Assembly (NCBI GenBank): GCA_963665115.1
Contig: OY762007.1
Location: 7,744,001-7,808,000, forward strand
Direction of reading: 5' to 3'
DNA from: an uncultured Rivularia sp.
GTDB taxonomy: Bacteria > Cyanobacteriota > Cyanobacteriia > Cyanobacteriales > Nostocaceae
DNA length: 64,000 bases
A program made the position numbers and the translations under genes. Below the pieces are notes generated by a model, which saw nothing but the letters and a program-made list of their open reading frames with translations, did not search any database and was not told the origin of the DNA. Below are positions 41,115 through 52,125 of this stretch, piece after piece. Within the stretch, counting starts at the first letter, position 1, and each line of letters opens with the position of its first letter.

Positions 41115-44100
41115 ATGAGTACCGTTTTATACCCTCACGCTCAGGCTGTAAATATCTACCCCGCATCAGATTTGTTTTTGCGCCATCGCCTACAAATCGT
41201 AGAGGAAGTGTGGGAATTGGTTCTCCGCGAAGAATGCGGACAACAAATGGTGGATCTCCTCAAACAGTTACGCGATTTATGTTCTCCAGAAGGACAAGCA
41301 ACTGATAATCCAGCTTCCTCCGTATTTAGCTTAATTGAAAAATTGAGCATTAACGAAGCAATCAGGGCAGCTCGTGGATTTGCGCTGTATTTCCAGTTAA
41401 TAAATATCGTAGAACAGGATTACGAACAAAAACAGCAATTAACTCGCTATGAAGAAGATGAGGAATCGGGAGATAAGGAAACTTTACCCGATATTATTTA
41501 TTCGAGCAATCAACATCTCGAAGATGCTCATCTTAACAATGGGGTTAATGCAGATTTACTAGTTAAAAGTTGGCAAGCTAAACCCAATATCAAAGATAAA
41601 GGAACGTTTGCCGAACTATTTCCCAAGCTATTTAAACTAAACGTGCCGCCAGCACAAATTCAACGTTTAATTGCACAATTAGACGTGCGTTTAGTGTTTA
41701 CGGCTCATCCTACCGAAATTGTCCGTCCTACCATCCGTGACAAACAGCGGCGAGTAGTGGATTTATTGCAAAAACTTGATTCATCCGAAAAGCGCCCTGG
41801 CAATGCGGCAGCAGGAGTATATTCTTGGGAAACAACCCAACTTCGCTCTCAATTACTTGAAGAGATTCGTTTGTGGTGGCGTACCGATGAGCTACATCAG
41901 TTCAAACCCAGCGTACTTGATGAAGTTGATTACGCACTGCACTACTTCCAAGAAGTATTGTTTGATGCGACTCCTCAACTGTACGAGCGTTTGAAGCACG
42001 CTTTAAATTCAACCTTTGCCAGACTTGAACCTCCCAGCAAAAGCTTTTGTCAATTTGGTTCTTGGGTGGGTTCGGATCGAGACGGCAACCCATCGGTAAC
42101 GCCGGAAATCACCTGGCAGACTGCTTGCTATCAACGCCATATGGTGTTGGAAAAATATATCGAATCTGCTAGGGGATTAATTGAATTATTAAGCATATCG
42201 CTACATTGGAGCGATGTTCTACCGGATCTATTAGAATCCTTAGAAGTGGAACAGTCGCAAATGAGCGAGGTTTACGATGCGTTAGCTTTACGCTATCGTC
42301 AAGAACCTTATCGCTTAAAGCTTGCTTATGTAGTCAAGCGACTGGAAAACACGCAAGAACGCAATTCAGCATTGCAGAAGCGCGAAATTATTAAAGAGGA
42401 CATTGCTCCAATCTACCGTTCTACTTCCGAGTTTTTAGCCGATTTGAGGTTAATTCAACGTAACTTGTCAGAAACGGGTTTAAAGTGTCAGCAGTTAGAA
42501 ACTCTCCTCACTCAAGTTGAAATTTTTGGCTTTAATCTGACTCAATTAGATATTCGGCAAGAATCAACTCGTCACAGCGATGCAATCGGCGAAATTCTCG
42601 AATATTTAGGAATTTTGGAGACAAAATATGACGAATTGCCGGAAGCAGAAAAAATTGCTTGGTTAACTACAGAATTACAAACCAGAAGACCTCTAATTCC
42701 CGCACAGCTACCGTTTACAGACAAAACTAACGAACTTGTTGAAACGATACGCTTAGTGCGATCGCTGCAACAAGAATTTGGCTGCAACATTTGCCAAACT
42801 TACATTATTAGTATGTGCCGCTCTGTCAGCGATGTACTGGAAGTATTGCTGTTAGCCAAAGAAGCAGGACTTTACGATCCTGGAACGGCCATAGGTACAA
42901 TCCGAGTCATCCCCTTATTTGAAACCGTAGAAGATTTACAGCGTTCAAGGCAAGTTATGGGAGACTTGTTTTCGCTTCCTTTGTATCGCGCTTTACTCGC
43001 GGGTGGGTATGAAGCTGTTTCTAAAGCAGAGCAAGCTGAAGAGACAGAGGAGGCAATTTTAAAAGCTTCTTCCTCAGCTTCCACTTTAAATCCCAACTTG
43101 CAGGAAATAATGTTGGGGTATTCCGATAGTAATAAAGACTCGGGTTTCCTCAGCAGTAATTGGGAGATTCATAAAGCCCAGAAATCATTGCAGCAAATTG
43201 CAGAAGAATACGGCTTAGGCGTGCGAATATTTCACGGTCGAGGTGGTTCGGTAGGACGTGGCGGCGGCCCCGCTTACGAAGCGATTTTGGCTCAACCCGG
43301 TAAAAGTATCAATGGGCGAATCAAAATTACCGAACAAGGAGAAGTTTTAGCTTCTAAATACTCCTTGCCAGATTTAGCGTTATACAATCTCGAAACAATT
43401 ACCACCGCAGTAATTCAAGCCAGCTTATTACGCGCCGGGTTTGACGATATCGAACCTTGGAACGAAATTATGGAAGAATTAGCAGCGCGATCGCGTTCCC
43501 ATTATCGAGATTTGATCTACGAGCAACCCGATTTTATTGACTTTTTCAATGAAGTTACCCCCATAGAAGAAATTAGTCAGTTACAAATCAGTTCTCGTCC
43601 CCGCTCGTCGCCCTTCTGGTAAAAAAGGCTTGAGTAGTTTGCGGGCAATCCCTTGGGTATTTAGCTGGACGCAAACTAGATTTTTGCTACCTGCTTGGTA
43701 TGGAGTTGGTACAGCTTTGCAGGAGTTTCTCAATGAAGCCCCTGAAGATCACATACAGTTACTACAGTGCTTTTACAGAAAGTGGCCATTTTTCAAAATG
43801 GTGATTTCCAAAGTAGAAATGACCTTGGCAAAAGTTGATTTACAGATGGGAAGACATTATGTAGACGAACTATCTAAAGCCGAAGATAAGCAACGATTTA
43901 ATGGAGTTTATAACCAAATTTCCAGCGAATACTATCTGACGAAAAATTTAGTTTTGCAAATCACCGGGCATGAAAAGCTCTTAGATGGAGATTTAGTTTT
44001 ACAGCGTTCCGTACAGTTGAGAAATGGGACTATCGTACCTCTAGGATTTATTCAAGTTTCCTTACTCAAACGCTTGCGTGCCAGTAAGAGCAATGCTACT

Positions 44101-44199
44101 TCTGGAGTAATTCACTCCCGTTACAGCAAAGGAGAATTGCTCAGAGGAGCGCTTTTAACTATCAACGGAATCGCTGCTGGAATGAGAAATACTGGTTGA
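41115..44199 (+). CDS. ppc: Phosphoenolpyruvate carboxylase, +1 frameshift at ~43600
   Basis: [54 protein letters not shown]; removing one C of CCCC 43599-43602 restores SRPARR. Confidence 0.97.
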
Positions 44200-44226
44200 T
44201 TGGGAATTGGGCATTGGGCATGGGGT

Positions 44227-44337
44227 TTCATGAGTTATAAGTAGCGAGTAGCGAGTAAGTTACCAACCATCGCTTTTTATTATCAACCCAACTGCTCAAT
44301 CATTAATTCCTTACTCACTACTCACTACTCAAAGAAT
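44227..44337. repeat. Composite repeat element, copy 1 (copy 2 at 51900-52026)
   Basis: TTCATGAGTTATA-(AGTAGCG)n-core TTATTATCAACC..CTGCTCAA-(CRCTACT)n-AAGAAT. Confidence 0.8.
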
Positions 44338-44349
44338 TTCCCAAATACC

Positions 44350-44391
44350 AAAAACTCCGACTTCTAGATCAATTAGGCTAGAAATCGGAGT
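44350..44391 (-). terminator. Hairpin between convergent ppc and pentapeptide genes
   Basis: ACTCCGA.TTCTAG / CTAGAA.TCGGAGT with a T-run on the minus strand. Confidence 0.55.
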
Positions 44392-44502
44392 ATTACAAAC
44401 TATTCTTTTTTACTCGTTTATTTGGTTGTTTAATAGCTAAGCTATTACTTTTCACAAATTGATTACTTACGGGTTTTTCTCAAATTCCCTCGTTAGGTAA
44501 GT

Positions 44503-44958
44503 TTAATCCCAATCTGGAATATTCAAATCTTCTCCACCAACACCAATTCCGGTATGGAATATTTCGGCATCAGCGATATTCATATCTTCCATTGATGCTT
44601 CATATACGTTGGAATCGTAAATTTTAGCGCTGGCTAAATTGGCATCGTTCAAATTAGCTTGCTTGAAATTAACGTTAGTCAAGAATGCCGAAGTTAATTT
44701 AGCATCTTTTAAATTCGCACGAGTCAAGTCAGCACCTTCAAGGTTGGCGTGTTCGAGATTTGCTCCTTGAAGATTCGCTCCTCTTAAATCAGCACCAATC
44801 AGATGCGAGCCGCGTAGATTTGCTCCTGACAAATCACAAGCGACACATTCCCCAGTTTTTAGTAGCTTTTGTACGTGCTGTGGATTTTCAGCTTTTACCA
44901 AGCTAGCGAAAAACAGGGGAGCTACTATTGTTAAAGCGGCCAAAAGTTTCTTAATCAT
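44503..44958 (-). CDS. Secreted/lumenal pentapeptide repeat protein
   Basis: Signal peptide (VKA|ENP), CxxC, A(D/N)LxG repeats. Confidence 0.92.
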   Translation of the reverse strand: MIKKLLAALTIVAPLFFASLVKAENPQHVQKLLKTGECVACDLSGANLRGSHLIGADLRGANLQGANLEHANLEGADLTRANLKDAKLTSAFLTNVNFKQANLNDANLASAKIYDSNVYEASMEDMNIADAEIFHTGIGVGGEDLNIPDWD

Positions 44959-45977
44959 AAAATTTCCCCTTTGCAGTCGAATATCTTCCGTTCATTTCCT
45001 CACGAGTCTATTATCTCACTAAATTACCGGAGTATAAGGATTAACGCCAAAGCTTCATAGTGAGAATCATTTTCACCTTAGCTTATAAGTAAGAAAATGG
45101 TTGACCAAACTACATAATAGCAAGGTTTTCAATCATTTTTGTATCCGGAAAGTCTTGATTCCTTGATGTAAATTTTTATTAATTGCGAAGAAATACTAGT
45201 ATAATTTAATTTTATCTAATCAAAAAAATAGAACTAGTTTTTACGCTTCTGGAGTATGCAGCTTAGTTGATGTTAGACAGAGGCAAACGGCAAACCTTCA
45301 TTCCGAGTAGTAAAGATAACTCCACGTAGCAACAAGGGTGGAATCATCATTAGGTTTTAATACCTTCCCAAATCTACCAAAAATAGCAAAGCTAGCTTTT
45401 TACTAATTATTCTACAAATCATAAATTTACTAAATATTTGCTAAAAAAAGAATATAGTACATATATTCTGCACCGAATAAGTTCGTTTTTCCAAGTTAGA
45501 AAGTTAATCTTTTAGCAGGAGGAAAGTAATGCATTTTTTAAGTGGCAAAGGTAAATAATGTGATGGCTTGAGCCAGTAAATTACTTTTTCGACAATGTAT
45601 AGATCGTAAACACAATATTAGTAAATTAATCTGTGCAAAGCTAATTATTTTTATTTCAAAACTTTAAAAAAGCAACAATTTAATCTTTAATAAAGTAAAC
45701 CTTTATTGAATAAGTTGTGAAGAAATTAATCGGGGTAATTCTGCTTAACTGAATATTAAATAAAGACTTTGCAATTACAAAGTATCTACACCTTTTATCT
45801 AAAGAAGAGATGGTGGTGGTAAAATCATCTTTCTAGTCTCAAGCGAACTGTTCGGCTCCGACTACAAAAAATAATTGGAAGTTTACTTTTATAAATTACT
45901 CTTCGATAAACTACCTGTTCTCGAATTTAGTTCAAAATTAAGAGTTATTATACTTTTAATCTCTAACCTTCGATCTA

Positions 45978-47006
45978 ATGCCTATACTTACCGAACAATT
46001 AATAGAAAACGACATCCCAGAACAGAGTTTGATATCAGAAGCGCTTGCAGATAAATCGCGAGCAAAAGCTTTTGACATAACACCTGAAAATGTAGAAGAA
46101 ACTATATACAAACGCTGGAAGTTGCTAAAGTCTATTTATCCGGCTTTTAAAGAATTGTGTCAAACTGATTTACAAATATCTTCTAATGCCGTATTGCCAA
46201 TATTATGGGATTTATGGCTACCTTTAGCAATAAAAATTGCATCGCGACATCAACAACTTCAACGTCCTTTTATACAGGGAATTTTAGGTGGACAAGGAAC
46301 TGGCAAAACCACAACTTGTAAAATTATTAGTTTAATTTTGTCGCATTTAAAATACCGTACCTTGAGTTTGTCTATAGATGACTTATATAAAACATATCAA
46401 GCACGTTTAATTTTACAACAACAAGACCCCCGTTTGATTTGGCGGGGGCCACCGGGAACTCACGATGTTGATTTGGGGTTAAATGTTTTGGACAATATTC
46501 TTCAGCGAGAAACTACTATAACAGTACCTCGCTTCAATAAATCGCTACATTCTGGAAATGGCGATCGCACTTTACCAGAAACGGCAGAGAATATTGACGT
46601 TGTGTTATTTGAAGGTTGGTTTGTAGGAGTTTGTCCAATAGATTCAGCAGCATTTAATACTCCACCATTACCGATTGTTACGACAGCGGATAAAGCATTT
46701 GCCAAAGATATGAACGATAAACTCCATGACTATCTCCCATTGTGGCAACGTTTGGATAGCTTAATCGTGCTGTATCCCCAAGATTACCGTTTTTCCTTAG
46801 AATGGCGCAAACAAGCAGAACATCAGATGAAAGCCAGCGGAAAAACTGGAATGACAGACTTACAAATAGAAGAATTCGTAAATTACTTTTGGAAAACACT
46901 GCACCCAGAATTATTCATCAAACCATTAATAAAATCTTCATCAGTTGATTTAGTAATTGAAATTAATCCTAATCATAGCTATGGAAAAGTTTATAAATGT
47001 AGTTAG
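45978..47006 (+). CDS. Glycerate kinase (plant GLYK-like P-loop kinase)
   Basis: GGQGTGKTT, SIDDLY, RGPPGTHD, FEGWFVG, WRKQAE. Confidence 0.85.
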   Translation: MPILTEQLIENDIPEQSLISEALADKSRAKAFDITPENVEETIYKRWKLLKSIYPAFKELCQTDLQISSNAVLPILWDLWLPLAIKIASRHQQLQRPFIQGILGGQGTGKTTTCKIISLILSHLKYRTLSLSIDDLYKTYQARLILQQQDPRLIWRGPPGTHDVDLGLNVLDNILQRETTITVPRFNKSLHSGNGDRTLPETAENIDVVLFEGWFVGVCPIDSAAFNTPPLPIVTTADKAFAKDMNDKLHDYLPLWQRLDSLIVLYPQDYRFSLEWRKQAEHQMKASGKTGMTDLQIEEFVNYFWKTLHPELFIKPLIKSSSVDLVIEINPNHSYGKVYKCS

Positions 47007-47061
47007 GAGTTAGGAGTTAGGAATTGGAAGTTAGGAGTTAGGAGTTATAAATTATTCAATG

Positions 47062-47244
47062 GGGAGCATCCCAATTTCGCAAAAAGCCTACAGGCTAGAA
47101 GCCTGGGGCTAATACTACGAAGCCCACCTTCGTGGGCTAATAACTCTCGTCTCGTATCGTAGCCCACCTTCGTGGGCTTTGTTTTTGTAGCCGCACCCTG
47201 TAAGGGTGTCGGATAAAGTATTTATTCAAAATTGGGATGCTCCC
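47062..47244. mobile_element. 183-bp MITE, perfect 16-bp TIR, 8-bp target-site duplication
   Basis: GGGAGCATCCCAATTT (47062-77) / AAATTGGGATGCTCCC (47229-44); ATTCAATG on both flanks (47054-61, 47245-52). Confidence 0.9.
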
Positions 47245-47289
47245 ATTCAATGCCCAATTCCCCATCCCCAATTTCCCATCCCCAATTCC

Positions 47290-48726
47290 CTATTCCCGAA
47301 TCTCTTTCAATAGATCGTTAAAAGGTTGCCAGTTATCTTCTTGAGCAATTGATTGCCAAACTGATTCAATAACAGGTCTTAATATGACTGTTTGAGGGTT
47401 AGAGTCTTTTAAGATTTTAGCAATATTATCCATATCATCGGTTGCCATAGTATTCAATATTCTGTGATAAACTCCTGCCCAATTAAAGAATAATTCCGAT
47501 GAACCTAAAGATTGCTTGATCTCGGAACCTTCTAAGATATAGCTAGCATCATCTTGCCATTTGTGAGAAAAAGTTGCGGCCATGTCAGCATAAAAATGGT
47601 GGTAGCTGATGGGATAATGTTTAAGGAAATCAATTGTTGCTTTTAAGATTTCGTCGGTTTCTTGTTGCGGTAATTCTTGGTTGAATCCCAATTTTTTCAA
47701 CATTAATAAGCGGTAATTGCCCAAGAAATATTTACCGAATTTTATCAATCCAGCATCCATATCAGATTTATCAATTACAGCCTTTAATGCTTCTTGAAGC
47801 ATCTCCAAATTCCACATACAAATATCCGGCTGGTGGATGTAAGAGTAGCGGCTGTAATGATCGAAGTACGCTGCGGTAAAATGCGGATCGTAAGTAGGAA
47901 TAAATGCATAGGGACCGTAATCAAAACTTTCCCCAGTAATCGACATATTATCAGTATTTAACACCGCATGACAAAAACCAGCCGCCATCCATTGTGCGGC
48001 TAATTTTGCGACTCTTTCTACTAATTCCGCATAAAATAAAGCATATTTTTCTTGCTCGCTAAGTAAATGCGGGTAGTAAACCTCTATTACATGGTCTAAC
48101 AGCTTTTTAGTTAAATCCGGACGCTTTAAATAATTTAAACGTTCAAAAGTACCAAAGCGAATATGAGAACGGTTCATCCTTACCATTACCGATGAACGAG
48201 TTGGGGAAGGCTCATCACCCCGCCACAACTGCACTCCCGTTTCAATCAAGCTCATACACCTGGAAGTGCGTACACCCATACGATGCAGCATTTCCCCCGC
48301 TAATACTTCTCTCATTCCACCTTTAAGAGTAAGCATTCCATCCCCACCACGGGAATAAGGTGTTCTACCGGAACCTTTAGTACCGAAATCATAAAGTTCG
48401 CCATCGATTCCACGTACTTGTCCGTAAAGAAAACCTCTACCATCGCCCAATCTGGGGTTATATTCACCAAATTGATAGCCGTGGTAGCGCATTGCCAGAA
48501 GAGGGTTACGCTGCTCAAATTTACCAAAAGCTTGAATAAAATCTCCGTCAGTTACCTCTTGGGGATTCAACCCTAAAAGCGTAAGCAGCGCATTATTGCG
48601 GAAGCGGAGTTTATGAAGGGAAAATTCCTCCGCAGCAACTTCATCGGAATAGTCCGAACCTAAAGATTCAAAAGCAGGTTCGTAGTTGAGGTTAAGTAAG
48701 GGGTTGGTAGTTTCAGCCAGAGTCAT
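47290..48726 (-). CDS. ydiU: YdiU/SelO family protein adenylyltransferase
   Basis: [47 protein letters not shown]; start probably ATG 48726. Confidence 0.92.
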   Translation of the reverse strand: MTLAETTNPLLNLNYEPAFESLGSDYSDEVAAEEFSLHKLRFRNNALLTLLGLNPQEVTDGDFIQAFGKFEQRNPLLAMRYHGYQFGEYNPRLGDGRGFLYGQVRGIDGELYDFGTKGSGRTPYSRGGDGMLTLKGGMREVLAGEMLHRMGVRTSRCMSLIETGVQLWRGDEPSPTRSSVMVRMNRSHIRFGTFERLNYLKRPDLTKKLLDHVIEVYYPHLLSEQEKYALFYAELVERVAKLAAQWMAAGFCHAVLNTDNMSITGESFDYGPYAFIPTYDPHFTAAYFDHYSRYSYIHQPDICMWNLEMLQEALKAVIDKSDMDAGLIKFGKYFLGNYRLLMLKKLGFNQELPQQETDEILKATIDFLKHYPISYHHFYADMAATFSHKWQDDASYILEGSEIKQSLGSSELFFNWAGVYHRILNTMATDDMDNIAKILKDSNPQTVILRPVIESVWQSIAQEDNWQPFNDLLKEIRE

Positions 48727-49009
48727 TACCAGTACGGGTAAGTTTGCCATTCCCTTAATGGTACATCTGAGAGGAAGATTGGGGGAAGGGGGATGGGGAG
48801 ATGGGGGGATGAGGAGATATTTATAAAATGATTTTGTATTAGAGGCGAAAGATTAAATTTTGATAGGTTCGTAGTAAGGAATTTATTCCTTTAATCTGAA
48901 AAAGGTATTAAAGTGCTTACTACAAACCTTTTTATTAGATAAAGAAAAAGACGTTGCACTGCAACGTCTCTACATAATTAATTATTCATAATATAAATTA
49001 GCCGATGAA

Positions 49010-49411
49010 TTAATTCCCAACAATAGCATTAATTCTCTGCCGAGAAGTTTTAACTATTGATTGAATGCGAGATTTTTGACTTGGCGTTAATCTCATAGAT
49101 CTGAGTAGCTTTGTTCTTCCCTGACGAGTTTTTAAAGATTGCATAATATCACTGCGCTGCGCTCTAGTTAACACATTGGTAATTTGTGTAAATGCTTCAT
49201 CTTGAACAGCATCTACTTTTTTCTTCTGTTGCGGAGTAAGTCTTTTATAAACACGCGGTAATGTATATCCTGCTGCTTGTATTGTCAGCGGAATTAAAAT
49301 AAATCTAGGTATTATTGCTTCAGCTTTTTTAGCGGAAATTCCAGTTAAGGATATGCTAATCATGGCAGCACTAAAAAAAACTGACAGACGCTTGGCGGAT
49401 TTACTAAACAT
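49010..49411 (-). CDS. Basic secreted protein with LTxxQ motifs (Spy/CpxP-like)
   Basis: Signal peptide; LTPQQ, LTRAQ, LTPSQ. Confidence 0.6.
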   Translation of the reverse strand: MFSKSAKRLSVFFSAAMISISLTGISAKKAEAIIPRFILIPLTIQAAGYTLPRVYKRLTPQQKKKVDAVQDEAFTQITNVLTRAQRSDIMQSLKTRQGRTKLLRSMRLTPSQKSRIQSIVKTSRQRINAIVGN

Positions 49412-49441
49412 TGAGAAAAACCCCTTAATTAATTTTGGATT

Positions 49442-50020
49442 TTAGATTGTGGATTTTGGATTTGTCAACTTATGATTTGTCAAACTTGTCAAAATATGGT
49501 CTTGCCATTGATTATTAATTAATAAATAATCCCTAGCATAACCTTCAACTACAAATCCTAACCTCTTGAGCAGATTACCGCTACTTTGATTGTGAGGCAT
49601 ATAATTTGCCATTATGCGATGCATTTTTAATTCTTCAAACACATAATCAATGCTCGCTTCTAAGGCTTCTGTCATATAACCTTTACCTTGTTCTTTTTCT
49701 GCCAAACTGTAACCTACAGTACAGAATTGTGCCACACCCCGGATAAAGTTACGGAAATTAATTATTCCAATTATTGTAGATTCGTTTTCAGAAAAAATCA
49801 GTAGCCTTAATGATTGTCCTTTGATAAATTCGCTCGTTGCGACTTCTACTTCACTATGCCAATATTTTGCGGTAAAAAAAGTTTCTGACCATGCAGGATA
49901 AAAAGGAGTAAGATAAGCTTTATTGTCTGTATAATATTTGAGAATATCAGCTACATCATCCTGAATAGCCAATCGTAATAATAGACGTTTGGTAACAATG
50001 TGCGGTTTTTGCAATTGCAT
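49442..50020 (-). CDS. RimJ-like GNAT N-acetyltransferase
   Basis: TKRLLLR, VGYSL, QGKGYMTEAL, HRIMANYMPHN, EGYARDYL..WQDH. Confidence 0.88.
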   Translation of the reverse strand: MQLQKPHIVTKRLLLRLAIQDDVADILKYYTDNKAYLTPFYPAWSETFFTAKYWHSEVEVATSEFIKGQSLRLLIFSENESTIIGIINFRNFIRGVAQFCTVGYSLAEKEQGKGYMTEALEASIDYVFEELKMHRIMANYMPHNQSSGNLLKRLGFVVEGYARDYLLINNQWQDHILTSLTNHKLTNPKSTI

Positions 50021-50417
50021 TAGATCCTTTTCCTACGGTTAATTGATCTACCGAATTATCAAATCCTTTGATAAAAATAATAATTTTGATTGTCAATAAT
50101 ATAATACAAGCTGTTATCAATAAAAATAAATATTTATCAGTATTTTGAGCAGATTCAACCAAATGAATTATAAATTTTTAATTTTCAACCGTGGGGGAAA
50201 ATAGCTACCTCATTTAAATTATTCGGTTGTGCTATATATTTCATCTAATTCGATCGTTACCGTTTATTGTGTGCTGATGAATTAAGTAACATCAAAAATG
50301 TAGTCCATTTTACTTTTTATGTCGAGTTAATTGTTTACCTTTAATAATTTATAAGAGGATAAAAAAAAGTAGGATGAGTTATGAAGATAGATCGGGAGAT
50401 CTGGTAATTAATAGAAC

Positions 50418-50528
50418 CTAGTACCGCTGCGCGGAAGTAAAAAGTCAAAAGTAAGAAGTAAAAAGTATTATGTGATAAGGCTTTCAAACTTTTTAAATGG
50501 GTGCTTTATTTACGCCGTACTGTACTAG
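50418..50528. mobile_element. MITE-like element with CTAGTAC...GTACTAG termini
   Basis: Imperfect ~21-bp TIRs; internal AAAAGT(C/A) heptamers. Confidence 0.65.
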
Positions 50529-50641
50529 TATTTCACTGCTCGCTGCTCCCTGTTCGCAGCAATAGTTAATAATTGAGATACATCTGCGCCTTGGGGCAAG
50601 TAATAACTGATAATTGATAATTGTTCATTGATAACTATAAA

Positions 50642-51635
50642 ATGGGAATACGCTACGATTGGCAAGAAGCAGAAATACGCGCAATATACGATATGCCTTT
50701 GCTGGAGTTGATCTATCAAGCTGCTAGCATACATCGTCAGCATCACGATTCAAGAAAGATACAGGTTTGTAAGCTGGTATCAATTAAAACTGGTGCTTGT
50801 CCAGAAGATTGCAGCTACTGCGCTCAATCTTCCCGTTACAAAACAGAAGTTAAGCCGGAATCTCTTTTAGATAAACAAACAGTAGTTGACATTGCAAAAC
50901 AAGCTAAAGAAAGCGGTGTCAGCCGAGTTTGTATGGGTGCTGCTTGGCGCGAAGTACGGGATAACTCCCAATTCGAGCAAGTCTTGGATATGGTAAAAGA
51001 TGTGACAGCACTAGATTTAGAAGTATGCTGCACTTTAGGAATGCTCAACGAATCGCAGGCTAAGCGTTTGGAAGATGCGGGGCTTTACGCTTATAACCAT
51101 AACCTCGATACTTCACAAGACTATTACAGCACCATTATTACCACTCGAAACTTATGGCGATCGCCTCAAAACCATCGACAATGTTCGACAAACCAACGTA
51201 ACTGTATGTTCCGGTGGTATTCTCGGTTTAGGCGAAAGTGTTGACGATAGAGTTTCCATGTTAAAAACTTTATCCAACCTGCAACCCCATCCCGAATCCG
51301 TACCAATCAACATACTTTCTCAAGTTGAAGGTACCCCATTAGAAAACCAGCCCGATGTCCCCGTCTGGGAAATAATCCGGGCGATCGCCACCGCTCGTAT
51401 TGTCATGCCAAGCTCCGACGTGCGCTTGAGTGCAGGTAGATCGAGACTTTCTCAAATGGAACAAGCAATGTGCTTCATGGCAGGTGCAAACTCCATCTTT
51501 TCCAGCGACGACGGAAAGATGCTAACCATCACCACACCTTGTCCAGGATATGATACCGATAAACAAATGTTAGACTTGCTCGGCTTAGAGCCGCGAGAGC
51601 CAGTGAATCGGAAAGAATTGTCCGCTAGCAGGTAG
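50642..51635 (+). CDS. bioB: Biotin synthase, +1 frameshift at ~51149
   Basis: CPEDCSYC radical-SAM motif, YNHNLDT, ESVPIN, RLSAGR; removing one A of 51148-51150 restores TTRTYGDRL. Confidence 0.96.
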
Positions 51636-51722
51636 GGAGAGGGGGGAGGGGGAAGAGGAGACAAGGGGAAAAACTCCTAACTATTCCCAATCCCCCATGC
51701 CCAATCCCCCATGCCCAAATTA

Positions 51723-51818
51723 TTAAAGTATCTTAGCTGCACGTAAGCCGAAGAGTAAACCAGCAGCGATGCCGATAAACAAAACCAAGAATCCAATATA
51801 CGAAACTATAGCTAGCAT
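51723..51818 (-). CDS. petL: Cytochrome b6f subunit PetL (31 aa)
   Basis: [31 protein letters not shown]; single TM with basic tail; below the ORF-track cutoff. Confidence 0.9.
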   Translation of the reverse strand: MLAIVSYIGFLVLFIGIAAGLLFGLRAAKIL

Positions 51819-51899
51819 TTACTTTTCTCCACAATCGTTCAATTATCTATAAATATATTGAAGCATTTGTTATGGGGCATTGGGAATGGGGCATTGTGC

Positions 51900-52026
51900 T
51901 TCATGAGTTATAAGTAGCAAGTAGTGAGTAGTGAGTAAATTACAAATAATTCTTATTATCAACCGGGCTGCTCAACCATTCATTCTTACTTGCTACTCGC
52001 TACTCGTTACTCGCTACTTAAAGAAT
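51900..52026. repeat. Composite repeat element, copy 2
   Basis: Colinear with 44227-44337, with different heptamer counts. Confidence 0.8.
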
Positions 52027-52125
52027 CCCTCTCCCCCCTCTTCCCCCTCTTCCCCCTCTCCCCATCCCCCCATCCTTAAAATTACGATACAATACACCAC
52101 GGGGGCTTGTTATGGGGTTTAAGGT

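Noticed and set aside
41115..44199. ppc (and bioB) as true pseudogenes or programmed frameshifts
   Set aside because: Single +1 lesions in very short runs with no slippery heptamer; the same pattern in six unrelated genes points to sequencing error.
45280..45345. c-di-GMP-I riboswitch (GGCAAAC)
   Set aside because: I could not find the remaining consensus elements or paired stems.
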